Shown here one piece after another: positions 32,701-44,600 of a stretch of DNA of 64,000 nucleotides (positions are counted from its first letter, which is position 1; the number at the start of each line of letters is the position of its first letter). A program made the position numbers and the translations under genes. The notes under the pieces were generated by a model. That model ran no database searches, had not been told where the DNA came from, and saw nothing but the letters and a program-made list of their open reading frames with translations. The stretch comes from Cetorhinus maximus (Eukaryota): assembly GCF_964194155.1 (NCBI RefSeq), contig NC_135890.1, forward strand, positions 23,684,001 through 23,748,000, given 5' to 3'.

Positions 32701-35700
32701 GGGATACAACCTCCCTCGATTGTTGCCCTGAGAGTGGGGTACAGACCCCTTCAATCCTCACCATGAGTGGGCTACAACCCTCCTCAATCCTTGTCCTATG
32801 TGGAGTACAGCCCCACCAATTCTCACCCTGTGAGTGGGTGCAGTCCCCCAAATCCTCGGCATGTGAATGGGGTGATCTACCTGCTCCCCCTTCCCCTCCC
32901 GCTCCCAGTACTTGCACTGAGAGTGTGGTACTGTGCCCTGGGGCCCTGCACTCTGCTCCTTCTCTTGTGTTTGATCCCATATTCCAGGTCTTTTTCTTTT
33001 CTCAGGAAATTGAATTCATGTACAAACCAGGGAACCTCAGCTTGGCCCCTCCTATGGTGACCCCGCACCAGCCCAGACTCGATTGGCAGATGTGGTTTGC
33101 TGCCCTTGGTGACCACAGGCACAGCCCCTGGTTCACCAGCTTCATCCATCGGCTTCTCCAGGGAAAGAGAAATGGTGAGTGCAGAGAATCTTACACCCTG
33201 TTGCACTATCTCACTGTTACACTGCACTGGTTGTGGTAACTCTTGCTGTTGCATTTCGCTGGTTGTGGTAGCTCTCGCTGTTATACTGTGCTCCTCCAGT
33301 ATCATACAGTGTTAAAGTATCCAGCCTGTCACCTCCTCTTATTTTCTCATTTTTTTCCAATTCCAGTCATTCGCTTGGTGCAAGTGGATGAGACCAAATA
33401 TGTCTTCAGCACCAAACCCCCCACTTACATCCGAGCCCAGCTCTACAAGTACTGGTTTACCATGCATAGGACCGACAGGTGAGTGACTGGGCTAATAGGG
33501 ACAGCGTGGACTAGGAGTGGGGGAGGGAGAATGTGTGAGTGAGCTTGAGAGAGAGTGAAAGAAGGCACGTGGTCACAAGGAGGGGAGAGAGAGAGCAAGT
33601 GTACGTGGTTCCAAGGTTAGGGGGTGTGTGTGGGGTGGGGAGAGAAACAGATCATTCGTGTGATCCTGAGGTTGGGGGCAGAAAGCGAAAATGTGCGCAC
33701 AGTCCCAAGGTGGGGGAGGGGTTGGAGGGAGGTCGGGAGAACATGAGTGGTGCATCAGGGGAAGGGGTAGAGAGAGTGCGCGGTGCTGTATGTGTGGGGA
33801 GAGCATGCGTGGTGCTTCAGTGAGAGACTGCGATGCTGCAGTTGAGATGGAGGGAACAGATGTGTTGCTGGGGTGTGGAAAGACAGAATATGCCAGAGAG
33901 AGAGCATGATGTCAGGAAGAGAGAGAGAGAGAGAATGCAGTGCTGGAGGAGGGGGAGTGAAACTTATCATTCAGAATTGGATTGGATAGTGGATGAAGAG
34001 ATGTGAGAACAGTGTAGGTAAACATGTTTGGGACTCTCTGCTCACGTGGAGGGTAAAAACTAGCACAGACTGATTGGACCAAATGTGTGCTTCCATGCCA
34101 TATATTTCCTCACTAATATGAGCCTTTCCCTCTTCCCTCCCACATTCCCCGGCTCTCCTCCTGCTTGCCACTTGCTGACTCCTGCTGACTCTATCCTTTC
34201 TCACTCTCCACTCCTCCTACCCGCAGCTCACTCAATGATTGGTGGACTCGGGAACATGTGAGAGAATTCTTTCCCTCGGTGACCTTAGGAGACCCCAACT
34301 TGGAATCACTCTTACGTGAATACGGCTTCAAGGTGAGGACTGTAAAACACATTCTAGCTGACCTATCAATGCTGTCCAATCAAACACTCCCCAGGGAGGA
34401 ACAGCCAGGGTTAGATACAGAATAACGCTCCCTCTACACTGTCCCAGGACAGAAACAGCACAGATTAGATACAAAGCAAAGCTCCCTCTACCGGAACTGT
34501 TGGACACCAGGTCCCTATCGTGGTACTGGAAGGAAAGGGAATAGAAGAGAACAGAAGTGCAAGAAATGGGGCGAGCAGGGTCAAGACCCCTGTCAACCAT
34601 GGTGAAGCGGAGTCCTTGTTTGTAGAAACAGGAAGATATATTGGAAACATTGATGTGAAAGGTCACAAAACAGATGCGATGGAGATAGAGAAACTGGTAG
34701 AATAGACTAAGTCCTTACTGAAAGTGGAGTGGGAAAAAGTCTCATCAGTAAGTTTATAGTGGATATTGATCAATACCCTGTCCCCAGAAGTGGAAATAGG
34801 AAAATCGAGGAAAGAAAGAGTTGGAGATAGACCATGTGAAGGTGATAGGAAGGAATAATGGAATTTGGAAACAAAATATGTGATGTTTTCCATTTCGGGG
34901 AGAGAGCCGAAAGTGACAGTGATGCAGTCATCAAATTACGGGAGTGAGGGAAGGGACTGAGTAGGACTGGAACAAAGAATGTTCTATATTTCCCATGAAA
35001 AGGACCAGCCTGGATCTATTTAGATTCCCATAGCGACTCTTATTTGGAGGAAAGGAGTTGAGTCAAAGGTGAAGTTGTTCAACGTAAGAACAAGTTCAGC
35101 TCGGTGCAGCAGAGTGGTAGTGAGGGGGGACTGGTTGGGCCTTCGTTCATGGAAGAAGTGGTATCCCCACGGGATGCCTGGCAGGTTGCCAGGGGAGTGC
35201 AGGAGCTAGAGGGACTGGACTTCCGTGTTGAAAGGGAGACAATAGAAACTAATAAATGGTGGAAAGCAATGAAAGACTGGGAAGCAATGGGAGAAAAAAA
35301 AGAGAGTTGAGACAGGAAGAAATAAGTTTGTGGGGAAAGAACTGTCTGAAATATGGGTCGAGCAGCGCAGTCTGTTTGTGGATCTTAGATACAAGAGTAG
35401 AGAGAGCTTTACTCTGTATCTAACCCATGCAGCACCTGTCCTGTGCTGCACCTGCCACACATTCCTGTCACTAGCTATTGTTTCTCTCACAGGACAAAGT
35501 GCCTCCGAAACGGGCCGTGAAGGATGTCTTGCCGTTCATCCTGAAACTGACCCGTGAACAGGTGGAACCCTACTCTGGGGAGCAGGTGATCTGGGGCCTG
35601 TACGTTGCTGTGTTGCTCATCTCCCTGCTCAAACGCCTGACAAACCGCGAAGCAAAAGAGAGCCAATTGAAGCCGGGTTGGAGGAAACCGGAGGGAAAGG

Positions 35701-35822
35701 ATGTGAGTGGTAGCGAGGAGGCAGATGCTGATGGTAGGAGGAAGGAATTTCGACGGTCAGAAGGCAAAGTGCGTCTTCCCACTGAGGAACAGTCGCTAGA
35801 GAATGTTCGCAGAAGAAAGTAA
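17625..35822 (+). CDS. LMF2: Lipase maturation factor 2, complete; 14 coding exons, 2136 nt, 711 aa
   Basis: Motifs [88 protein letters not shown]; phases join into one ORF ending RRRK-stop. Confidence 0.97.
18211..18405. mobile_element. PLE-derived mini-element containing a perfect 60-bp-arm palindrome
   Basis: Arms 18222-18281 and 18286-18345, loop TAAT; flanking direct repeat TTTTAACTCT at 18211-18220 and 18396-18405. Confidence 0.9.
18487..18740. mobile_element. PLE-derived inverted-repeat mini-element with a 13-bp TSD and hammerhead motif at 18630-18663
   Basis: CTCATTCCTATCT at 18487-18499 and 18728-18740; CTGAAGA-AGAGTC-ATTTG-GACCC-GAAA-CATTAAC. Confidence 0.85.
18995..21605 (+). mobile_element. 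Decayed CR1 LINE with a nested minus-strand L2/CR1-group LINE at ~20480-21315
   Basis: [13 protein letters not shown] and GVPQGSVL-like motifs; the CR1 resumes at ~21316. Confidence 0.8.
21646..21899 (+). CDS. LMF2: LMF2 exon 2
   Basis: gacag|[12 protein letters not shown]...LYLSLYQ|gtgggt, 254 nt. Confidence 0.95.
22331..22359 (+). CDS. LMF2: LMF2 exon 3 (29-nt microexon)
   Basis: ctccag|VGQVFLYFQ+TG|gtgagt. Confidence 0.94.
22430..22700. repeat. Degenerate purine-rich tandem repeat filling LMF2 intron 3
   Basis: Recurrent gaggagtaagcaggggg..agcatgcaaa..g.tga.cagtgtg units. Confidence 0.6.
22730..22926 (+). CDS. LMF2: LMF2 exon 4
   Basis: ctgcag|[10 protein letters not shown]...CPTWWGLT|gtgaga, 197 nt. 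Confidence 0.95.
23400..23536 (-). mobile_element. PLE terminal fragment with a hammerhead-like motif (23497-23536)
   Basis: Minus strand AGTT-CTGATGA-AAGATCATCAGACCT-GAAA-CATTT-AACT. Confidence 0.7.
23568..23746 (+). CDS. LMF2: LMF2 exon 5
   Basis: ttacag|[12 protein letters not shown]...RLFAFYTQ|gtaagt, 179 nt. Confidence 0.95.
24264..24402 (+). CDS. LMF2: LMF2 exon 6
   Basis: ctccag|[32 protein letters not shown]...KKQHPE+A|gtgagt, 139 nt. Confidence 0.94.
24741..25765. repeat. 34-bp GC-rich minisatellite, ~30 copies, in LMF2 intron 6; diverged units extend to ~24460
   Basis: Unit CCTGGGGCTGGGTCCC(T/C)GTGAGACAGCTGG(T/C)GTG. Confidence 0.97.
25906..26046 (+). CDS. LMF2: LMF2 exon 7 (alternative in-frame acceptor at 25912)
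   Basis: tatag|..[18 protein letters not shown]...[17 protein letters not shown]|gtacga. Confidence 0.9.
26140..27000 (-). mobile_element. Relatively young CR1 LINE 3' portion
   Basis: 191-aa open stretch [12 protein letters not shown]...[20 protein letters not shown]...[20 protein letters not shown]. Confidence 0.92.
27130..29395 (+). mobile_element. Stack of decayed CR1 fragments
   Basis: RT and C-terminal motifs ([31 protein letters not shown]) and two 3' UTRs. Confidence 0.75.
27660..27980. mobile_element. Possible Tigger/pogo-type MITE inserted at a TA within a CR1
   Basis: CR1 sequence breaks at ttttagtata and resumes at taattaatgac; subterminal tccaaaatcc...ggtcccaagcatt resembles Tigger-family ends. 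Confidence 0.4.
29434..29597 (+). repeat. ~67-bp dispersed tandem repeat, ~2.5 units
   Basis: Same unit as 4661-4773. Confidence 0.85.
29632..29737 (+). CDS. LMF2: LMF2 exon 8
   Basis: tcatag|[34 protein letters not shown]|gtgcgt, 106 nt. Confidence 0.93.
30557..30653 (+). CDS. LMF2: LMF2 exon 9
   Basis: tcgtag|[32 protein letters not shown]|gtgagt, 97 nt. Confidence 0.92.
30722..31163 (-). mobile_element. Deu-domain tRNA SINE (SacSINE1-like)
   Basis: Minus-strand tRNA head (GCTCAGTTGGTAGCACT...GGGTTCGAGT) and GGTGGACATAAAAGATCCCATGGCACT core; family name from memory. Confidence 0.7.
31716..32215 (+). mobile_element. CR1 3' fragment
   Basis: [11 protein letters not shown] and [15 protein letters not shown] motifs. 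Confidence 0.75.
32352..32534 (+). CDS. LMF2: LMF2 exon 10
   Basis: cccag|VPYTFIEY...[30 protein letters not shown]|gtagga, 183 nt. Confidence 0.95.
33006..33174 (+). CDS. LMF2: LMF2 exon 11
   Basis: ctcag|[11 protein letters not shown]...[13 protein letters not shown]...LLQGKRN|gtgagt, 169 nt. Confidence 0.95.
33367..33478 (+). CDS. LMF2: LMF2 exon 12
   Basis: ttccag|[36 protein letters not shown]|gtgagt, 112 nt. Confidence 0.94.
34227..34332 (+). CDS. LMF2: LMF2 exon 13
   Basis: ccgcag|[35 protein letters not shown]|gtgagg, 106 nt. Confidence 0.94.
34372..34491 (+). repeat. ~67-bp dispersed tandem repeat, ~2 units
   Basis: Same unit as 4661-4773. Confidence 0.8.
34505..35195 (-). mobile_element. 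Old PLE reverse-transcriptase fragment
   Basis: [22 protein letters not shown] aligns with [22 protein letters not shown] of the large PLE. Confidence 0.8.
35493..35822 (+). CDS. LMF2: LMF2 exon 14, coding part
   Basis: tcacag|[10 protein letters not shown]...[15 protein letters not shown]...ENVRRRK-TAA. Confidence 0.92.
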   Translation, partial: DKVPPKRAVKDVLPFILKLTREQVEPYSGEQVIWGLYVAVLLISLLKRLTNREAKESQLKPGWRKPEGKDVSGSEEADADGRRKEFRRSEGKVRLPTEEQSLENVRRRK

Positions 35823-37024
35823 CCATCAGAGTCTTTTTTACTGATTTATATTTTTCTATTATATCTAACTCTCTCCCTCACATTTCTGCTGCTCTTCATT
35901 TGGGAATGAGAGAGGTCCTGTTGCCAGACTGCGTGTCACAACTGCCAAGTGACAAATATTATTCCACCTGAACCTAGTGTGTCATATACTTGGGATCTAA
36001 ATGTGGGAGGTAGAAGCAGGCTGGTTATTTTTTAAAAAACTTTATTAAATCTCCTCTGAGCTTTCTGTGCTCCATTGGGAACAGTCACAGTATCTTTACC
36101 CTCTTAAAACTATCGTTTCCATTTCTGGAATCACAATGATGAATCTACACTGTGCGTGCTCTGTGGCTTTAATATATTTTCTATAATGGAGATCCAAAAC
36201 TGCACACAATTTTGAACTGTGGGCATAAACAAGTGCTTTGTATAACTTTATTACCTCTTAACACTAAATTGTGTATTTAATTGAAGGATTTAACTTGATG
36301 ACCAGAAGAATTCGCTTAACACAGTCCTGTAGGTATGCCTTGTGTTATTGGGGTCTGAGTGCCCAAGTTTCACTGATCAGGTAAAGAATGTGTGTAATGG
36401 TTCAGTAATTTTTGAGTCAGGAGCTTGTTCAATGCTTTGGGATGATGTACTGGTTGCTTTTTGTGTATTGAGTAGGTCTGAGGGTGTCTCCCTTCTCAAC
36501 ACCATCTCCTTTCGCCTGTGGTTACAAACCTTCCACTGACTAGGATCAATCTGTTATATATTCCAGTGTTAGGCAGTTGTCCTTCTCTGCCTGGCCCCCA
36601 TTGAATCAGGTGTGAATCGGTAAATCACCAACTGTGTGACAGCAGACTCTGTATCTAAATATCCAGTAGTCTGGGCCCAAAACTACAGATGGTCAGGTCT
36701 GGAAAGGCATTGTAGTGTTGAGGTTCTGCCTCCAGATGTCAGTAATTTACCAGGAAATCCATCTGATTCCATTGTGTTCCAGTGACGGATTCCAGCTCAA
36801 TTTGATTGAACTTGCAAGTTTCTCGCTGCTCATTCTAACCATGTTTCACCCTGCATCCAATCTCGCTCTGTGTGTTACAGATTTTGGTGCTGATTCCCGG
36901 TAAAATTGTATCTTGCCTTGTGTGCAGTTTAATGGGCTCTTGCTGCTTTCCTGATCCAATTCAATTGGTAAATCATCCGTGATACTCTGTGTTAAAGAAG
37001 AATTGTCAAAATTCTCTCTCCTGC

Positions 37025-37030
37025 AATAAA
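37025..37030 (+). terminator. Candidate LMF2 polyadenylation signal
   Basis: AATAAA ~1.2 kb after the stop, followed by GT/T-rich sequence. Confidence 0.5.
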
Positions 37031-37950
37031 AATTCCCTGCTCTAAAATATTCCAGTGGTGTTAACTCTCTGGACTCTGGTTTTGTACAATTTATATGTAA
37101 TTTCCTTCAAATGCAGAGTCTGAATGCAAGGTCCTGGAGTAGTTATTGGATGTTTGGAACCCTCGCTTGTGTCAAAATGAGAAGCTGAGGCTGGATGATA
37201 TAATGTCTGAGGCACGAATCACAGAAATGTACAGTGTCTCTTCATCAACACTTCAATTATAAACTTCTCATTTCCTCACACTCCTTGACCCCTCATCTAT
37301 GAGATGACACAATATTGCATGTACACCATACATATACTGCCTCACTTCTCCATTAGGCATTGCTTACTAAGATGGGTAACATCCTCTGGTATTCCCGGTG
37401 AATGCAGGAATGGCACAGCACCCTATTTCTCTGGTACCTTTGAGCAGCGATCAAAATTTTGCTAAACACACTAAAAGCAATTCTGTGCCCTGAAAGGGAG
37501 AACCGCAAATGACTCCTGTTTCAATGCTGTATCATTTACTGATTATAACAGATGTAGTGCTGTTCATTACCCATAGTAACAACAGGACTGAGGTGAAGGG
37601 CGTTCTCTCGAATTGTGCCTACTGTTTAGCCAACTCTATTTTCCCCCTGCCCTGGATTACTTATTTCCCACCATCCCACCCACTGTTGATTATTCTACTC
37701 TAAAGCTTGTCCCCGTCTGTTTTTGCATCTTACCCTCGCTGACACCTCATTATTACACTGAAAGAGAAAGAGTCTCCCTCCCAACCTTCACTCAGCTACT
37801 TATTTCTCTCTGAAGTCATTCTCTGGGTTTGTGTTCCCCTGGACACAGGACAGACCCCAAACAGACTTTCCTGAAACAGTCCCAGACTCAGCAGTACCCC
37901 CACTGTCTGAACAATTGGTGCAGTGTCAGCAGGAGCAGCTTTCTATCCTG

Positions 37951-37956
37951 TTTATT
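37951..37956 (-). terminator. Candidate MIOX polyadenylation signal
   Basis: AATAAA on the minus strand ~580 nt after the MIOX stop. Confidence 0.5.
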
Positions 37957-38533
37957 TGGACTGTTTTAAAGCCGGAGTATTCATGTGAGGCACAGTAGGG
38001 TATGTTTCCCCACAGTTTACCTCACTTTTCCACTATAACCAGTAAAATCCATATTTTAAAGAAATGATCAAAACATTTCACATTTTCCAACATGAAATAT
38101 GATGTTTTTACTTCAAGGTCTTGACCTGTTCCAAAAAGCCTGTGTCAAATTTGATAGTGAGTGGAAGATGGTGTCTAGAAAGACAGAGTTGTTGTTACTG
38201 GATGTAGGTCACTCCAGTACAGCAGAAGACTTTACAAGCTGGATCACAGGTACACAGAATGAGATGGGGAAAAAAATCAGGAAATATAGGGAGCTGGGCA
38301 AGAGTGAAACATGAGTCTGATCCATGGAGCTCACTCTCAGACTAACCAAATGGATCCTGTCCTAGTGGATGTTTGGAATCTGGGGCTGTTACGTCCAGCT
38401 CCACATGGTCAGTGTTTTATGAGTTTCTTGGAAAGTCGCCAATTTTGATCAGTTAGTAAAATTGTTCCAATTCTGAAGGTGCTGTTGATCTGCGATTGAG
38501 GCATTGACGCGAGGTTGAATTTTGTTCTGCTGA

Positions 38534-38642
38534 TTACCAGCACAGTTTCCCTGGACAATACTTATCAATCAGTTGCTGATAGTAGGGCTGTAGCTTCTTC
38601 ACATCAGGCAAGTCTTCACACTTGGTATACAGATCAAACTTG
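38534..38642 (-). CDS. MIOX: MIOX exon 10, coding part
   Basis: ctgcag|[38 protein letters not shown]. Confidence 0.95.
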
Positions 38643-41600
38643 CTGCAGGCATAGAAGGGCTTGGTTAGGCCAACAGAAGGCATTGCAACATAGAAAATCC
38701 ATTCCTTTCTGCTGACAATCTGCCAAGTCACAGACCCTCCCCACCCAATCTGCCCCATCATGGACCCTCCCCAACTAATCTGCCCTAGTTAGTTTCTATT
38801 TCTGGTGTTTACTTCTACTCCTTTGTCTCATTAGCCTTAAGGTTTTGCACTTTAAACACCAGTTCAAAATCACCAAGCCATCCTCAAATGATGTGTCGAT
38901 CCCTTTGTGTTTAGTTTGAGCAATATCACTCCCATACTGATTCCAGCGACTTTCGCCTAGTGACACTCTCCATCATGACCTTAGACGCTCTTCAGGGCTG
39001 ACCCCAGGGATGCTGTCCGGCGCCGACCCCAGGGATGCTGCACCTACGCTGTACCTACACCACATGGACTGCAGCAGTTCAAGAAGGTGGCTCACCACCA
39101 CCTTCACAAGGGCAATTAGGGATGAGCAATAAACACCAACCCCAGGGACACACTCCAGCGCCGACCCCAGGGACACACTGCAGCACCAACCTCAGGGGCA
39201 CTCCCTAATGGGGCCAGTGCTCTCCCCATTGACCCCTTGTGTTGGTGCAGCCCTGTTTCATTTAGCTAATTTTCAATCTAGTTCCAATATTTCTTCTGTT
39301 CCCTATTCTACCATTACAGTGCATCCATTGTACGGCATTGGATTAAAATCCTTGTTGAAACTTCAAAAGATCAGATTTACAGAATGTCAATTAGAATAGT
39401 TCTAGCATTTTTAAGGAACTTACTTGAATTCTTTAACCCACTGAAGCATGTTCAGGTCTTTGCCACTACAGAGATGCATGTAATCTCCCTCAGTGTGCCA
39501 GGGGTAGAATGAATGGAAGCGGATCATGTATAGTCCCTGCATCAAAAACACAAACATGGACACTGACACATGTGCACAAAAAAGCCACGAACACCCAGCC
39601 ACACATGCACACAGATAAGCACATACATACAGATACATAAACACGCATGCAAAGATACAAACAAGACACCAAACTTTTTTCAGATATTTTATTATTTTCT
39701 AACTTCCTGTAATTTGCTCTCATCCGAGATGACAAAGGCTCCATCCCCTTACCTGGTGCTGCTGCAATATTCCCCTGTGACATTGCAGCAATCAGGCATT
39801 ACTGGCCCACTGATGGCGTGGTATCCCACAGTACTGCCCTTCAAACATTGCGGTGCTCAGGCATTACTGCCCTTCCAACATTGCGGCACTTGGGTAGTAT
39901 TGCCCCTCCAACATTGTGGCACTCGGGCACTACTGCCCTTCAGGCTTGGTGCTCCCGCAGTACTGCCTTTCCGGCAGCACAGCACTCCCTGAATGCTGCC
40001 CTGGAATGTCAGCCTGGATTATGTATTCAAATCTCAAGTGAGATTTGAACCCATGACTTAATGAGTCAGGTGAGTATGATATCCACTGAGCTACGGCTGA
40101 CCTGGCATTGTCACTGCAAGTTGTGCAGTTCATAGAGCACGGTGATCATCTGACTCATTGACCTAGACTTCAGCTCAGAGAAGACATTCAAAATTCATTC
40201 AAAGTTACCTCTTCAGGGAGTTTACACCCATTGGTTTTTAGCACGTTGTACAGATATTCTACAAGAGAAAGGTCAAAGTTAAATCTCAGTGAGTAGCCCC
40301 AGAGGCTCAGATCGTTACATTCAACAAGGTTTTAAGAGAATTTTTTTGTTTCATTTGCTTTTTCCACTTTCTCAGTCTCCTGCAGACATTGTTCTGCACA
40401 ATAACCAAATGATTTGTGACAGTGAGTATGACACAGGTGTGCTGCTGTGAGAGGCTTCAGCCAAACCCAACTTGGACAAGCTCATTTTCTTTCAGTAATT
40501 ATGTGTTCAGTCTTAGAGTAAATAATATCTGTCCAAAATTCCCCTCCATTTGGATTCTTACACCAATAACCAGTCCTGGCCAGATGGTAATGGGTACCTT
40601 CTGATCCATCCAAATGAACTTATAGAATTTATAGCACTAGAGGCTACCATTCGGCCATCGTGCTTGTGATGACCCTTGTCCCCAACTGGAGCAATTTTTT
40701 TCTTCAGTTCTCTGCCCAAAGGTCTGATCCACAGCGCCGCAAACACAACGACAGCTTGGGCAAAGAAGCAGGACCCGAATCCACCCCACCCCAGCTGGAA
40801 TGTGGATCAAACCCCAGGCTGTGGACACCAATCTAATCCATACTGGCCAACCGGCTCCCTAAGGAGTTCGGGTTGCTGTGGCAGTATGCGCTTTTACATT
40901 CATGTTGCATGTTGTAGTCCAGTGCTAAAAGTAGTGATAGTCGAGGCTCCTGCAATGTAATCTTTCCAAGAGATGCACCATTAGTTTGGGATGAGTGTCG
41001 CTGGCTAAGCCATTGTTTATTGCCCATCCCTAATTGCCCTTGTGAAGGTGGTAGTGAGCCACCTTCTTGAACTGCAGCAGTCTATGTGATGTAGGTACAC
41101 CCATGGTGCTGTTAGGAAGGAAGTTCCAGGATTTTGACCCAACGGCAGTGAAGGAACAGCAATATAGTTCCAAGTCAGGATGGTGTGTGGCTTGGAGGGG
41201 AACTTGCAGGCGGTGTTGTTCCCATGCATTCCCTGCCCTTGTCCTTCTAGATGATATAGGCTACCGATATGGAAGATGCTGTCAAAGGAGCATTGGTGAG
41301 CTGCTGCAGCCCATCTTGTAGATGGTACATACTGCTGCCACTGTGCATTGGTGGTGGAGGGTGTGAATGTTTAAGGTGGTGGATGAGGTGCCAATCAAAT
41401 AAGCTGCTTTGTCCTGAAATGTGTCAAGCTTCTGGAGTGTTCTTGGAGCAGCACCTTTCCAGGCAAGTGGAAAGTATTCCATCACACTCCTGACTCGAGC
41501 CTGGTAGATGGTGGATACGCTTTGGGGAGTGAGGAAGTGAGTTACTCACTGCAGGATTCCCAGTCTCTGAATTGCTGTTGGGGAGGCATTGTCACTGGAC

Positions 41601-44600
41601 TGGTATTCCGGAAACCTAGGGGTAATGCTCCGGGGAGATTGTGGAACTTGAATCCAATAAAAATCTGGAATTAAAAGTCTAATGATGACTGTGAAACCAT
41701 TGCCAATTGTCATAAAAACCCATCTGGTTCACTAATGTTAGGGAATGAAATCTGCCATCCTTACCTGGTCTGGCCTACATGTGACTCCAGACGCTCAGCA
41801 ATGTGGTTGACTCTTAAATGCCCTCAGAACAAGGGCAAGTGGAGATGGGCAATAAATGCTGGCTGAGCCAGCGACGACCACGAACTGATTTTTTTTTTAA
41901 ATGGCTGGTCCAGTTCAGGTTTTGGTCAATGGTTAACCCCCAGGATGTTGATAATGGCAATTCAGCAATGGTAATGCCATTGAATGTCAAAAGGAGATGG
42001 TTAGATTCTGTCTTGTTGGAGATGGTCATTCCCTGCCATTTAACAGCCCCAGCCTGAATGTTGTCCAGGTCTTGCTGCATATGGGCATAGAGTGAGGAGT
42101 CACGAATGGTGCTGAACATTGTGCAAATATCCACAAACATCCCCACTTCTGACCTTATGATGGAAGGAAGGGATTAATGAAGCAGCTGAAGATGGTTGAG
42201 CCTAGGACACTACCCTAAGGAATTTCTGCAGCGATGACCTGGGACTGAGATGGTTCACCTCCAACAACCACAAGCATCTTCCTTCATGCTCTTTCTGAAA
42301 TTCTTATCCAATTCTCTTCTAAATGTTGTGCATCGCTCCCTCAGCAGCCTCTTATGTATAAATCATTCTACGTAACACATCCATGTGTGAAAACCTAACT
42401 ATCCTCTTTATCCTCCCAGTGATAATCCTTAATCTGTGTCCCTATTACTGATTCAGTGAGCAGTGATAATTGTCATCTGTTCGCCTTGTTAACTGATTCA
42501 CTGACCAGTAGGAGCAAACTTTCATTATTTATCCCTGCAAAACATTTTATAATTTTGAATATCAATCTATCAGCTCCCTTTGATTAATGTATATTCTCTC
42601 CATAATATTTGATTCTTCAATTCCACAACTGTACTCTTCGAGAGCTAGCATGGTGTGCAAAATTTCCTTTTCTGCATTCAGTTTTCAGATGGTAGAGCAA
42701 ATTCTCTGTTCCCTTACAGATCTCCCACCTTCAATTGCAGCATTGAACTCTCTATCACTGCTTACCATCATGTCCCCACGACATCAATACTTTGTCCAAC
42801 CCACAGTTAGGCTCGTACATCCCATAGAGCGAGCTGCAAAATACATAATTAAATCATTAGGGGAATGTTCTACACTGAGCACCGTCTGAGACCCTTCCAC
42901 CCTCCTCTATTTCCACCTGGATCGGATGACAGGTGCTTAATATATTGCCCAAATAGGAACAGGAATGTCATGAAGATGTCACACAGCACGTTTCCTCTCA
43001 TTTTCCCACAGCACCCTTGGGATCTTGGAGTAGAGTGCATTCCAAGTGACAGTTTTACTATTGCGTGAGAGCATTGGGAGGTTTTATTCACCCACCCTCT
43101 CCCCAAGTGTGTGTCTTCAATCGATGCTTCTCTTTGGAACCATTTTTATTCATTCGTTTCTTTGGCGTTATGGGAGTCACATTAGGAGGTATTAAGTCTC
43201 ATAACCAAAGCTTAGTCAAGGATGTAAGGTTTATGGAGCATTTTAAAGGTGGAGAGGCTTAGGGAGGGAATTTTTAAGCAGCTGTGAACTAGAGATTGTG
43301 GTCTAAATAAGGACAAGGAAGGGGTGATACACAAACAGATGACGTATCACTGGGGTAACCCCAGTGCTCCGAAGAAGAGTCATACGGACTTGAATCGTTA
43401 ACTCTGTTTTTCTCTCCACAGATGCTGTTAGACCTGCTAAGTTTTTCCAGCATTTTCTGTTTTGTTTCAGATCTCCAGCATCTGCAGTATTTTGCTTTTA
43501 TATTTGAGGGGAGATGGTGGGATGAATAACATCTAATGCTTGTTTGGTTTCTTTTAATGGTGAGGAGGTTTGACACTGAGACACCTCACAGACAGCAAGT
43601 GTAATGAGCAGAGTCTCTTACCTGTACCTAGGGTCCTTAAGGTCTGGATTGTCTGAGAATGTGGAGTCCCTGTAAACAATGGAATCCTGAAACCTACACC
43701 CAACTGGGTAGGTGTCTCCGACAACACACCACTGAAGAAAGACAATGATCACAGTGAGTTAGAACATGAACAGCTTCCCACAGTCCAACAAGCAGACTTG
43801 TTGCAGCACAAAGTCCTCACTTGGTATCACATCTTCATTGCTTAATGACCTTGGCACATCAGGGGGTCAGGGTCTGAGTGTGTCTATGGGTCGGGGGGAG
43901 GGGTTGGGGGGTGGCGTTGGTGTGGATGGCAGGCTGAAGAAGTAGGGTGGAATCAAGGCCTGAATGTGTGTACCTGGGTCTGAGTCTGGGGTTCAGGATC
44001 TGAGTCAGAGGAAGAGGGATGATTGGTGAATGCGACTTGGTGCGAGTTAGGATATGTGCAGCAGAATTTCGATGAGACTTGGGTGTGGACAATTATGGAA
44101 TGACTTAATTTAGGTGTTTAAGATGATCAAAACAGTTGATAGGATTGATAAGAGAGAAACTATTCCCTCTGGCAAGAGACTCCAGAACAAGGAGGCATAA
44201 CCTTAAAATTAAAACTGAAACATTCAGGGGTGGTGGCAAGAACTTCTTCACACAAAGTGTACTGGAAATCTGGAACTTGCTCTCCAAAAGACTATGGATG
44301 CTGGAGGTCAATTGAAAATTTCAAAATGTGGATTGATAAATTCTTGTTAGTCAAGGGTATTGAGGGTCACAGAACCAATAAGTTAAGACCTAGACCTAGT
44401 TGAAAGGTGGAACAAGCCCATAGGGCCTAATGGCCTTCCTCCTATTCCTATGGTTGTGACCCTCTCTGTGGGTGGCAGATACAGTCTGTAGGAGCCACAT
44501 GCAATGATTCTTCTCTCAATTTCCTCCATCTCCTCAAGGATCCCCATCCTTACCTGTGGCTCACCCCAGAAAGTGAGGATTTTCCCGATATCGTGCAGCA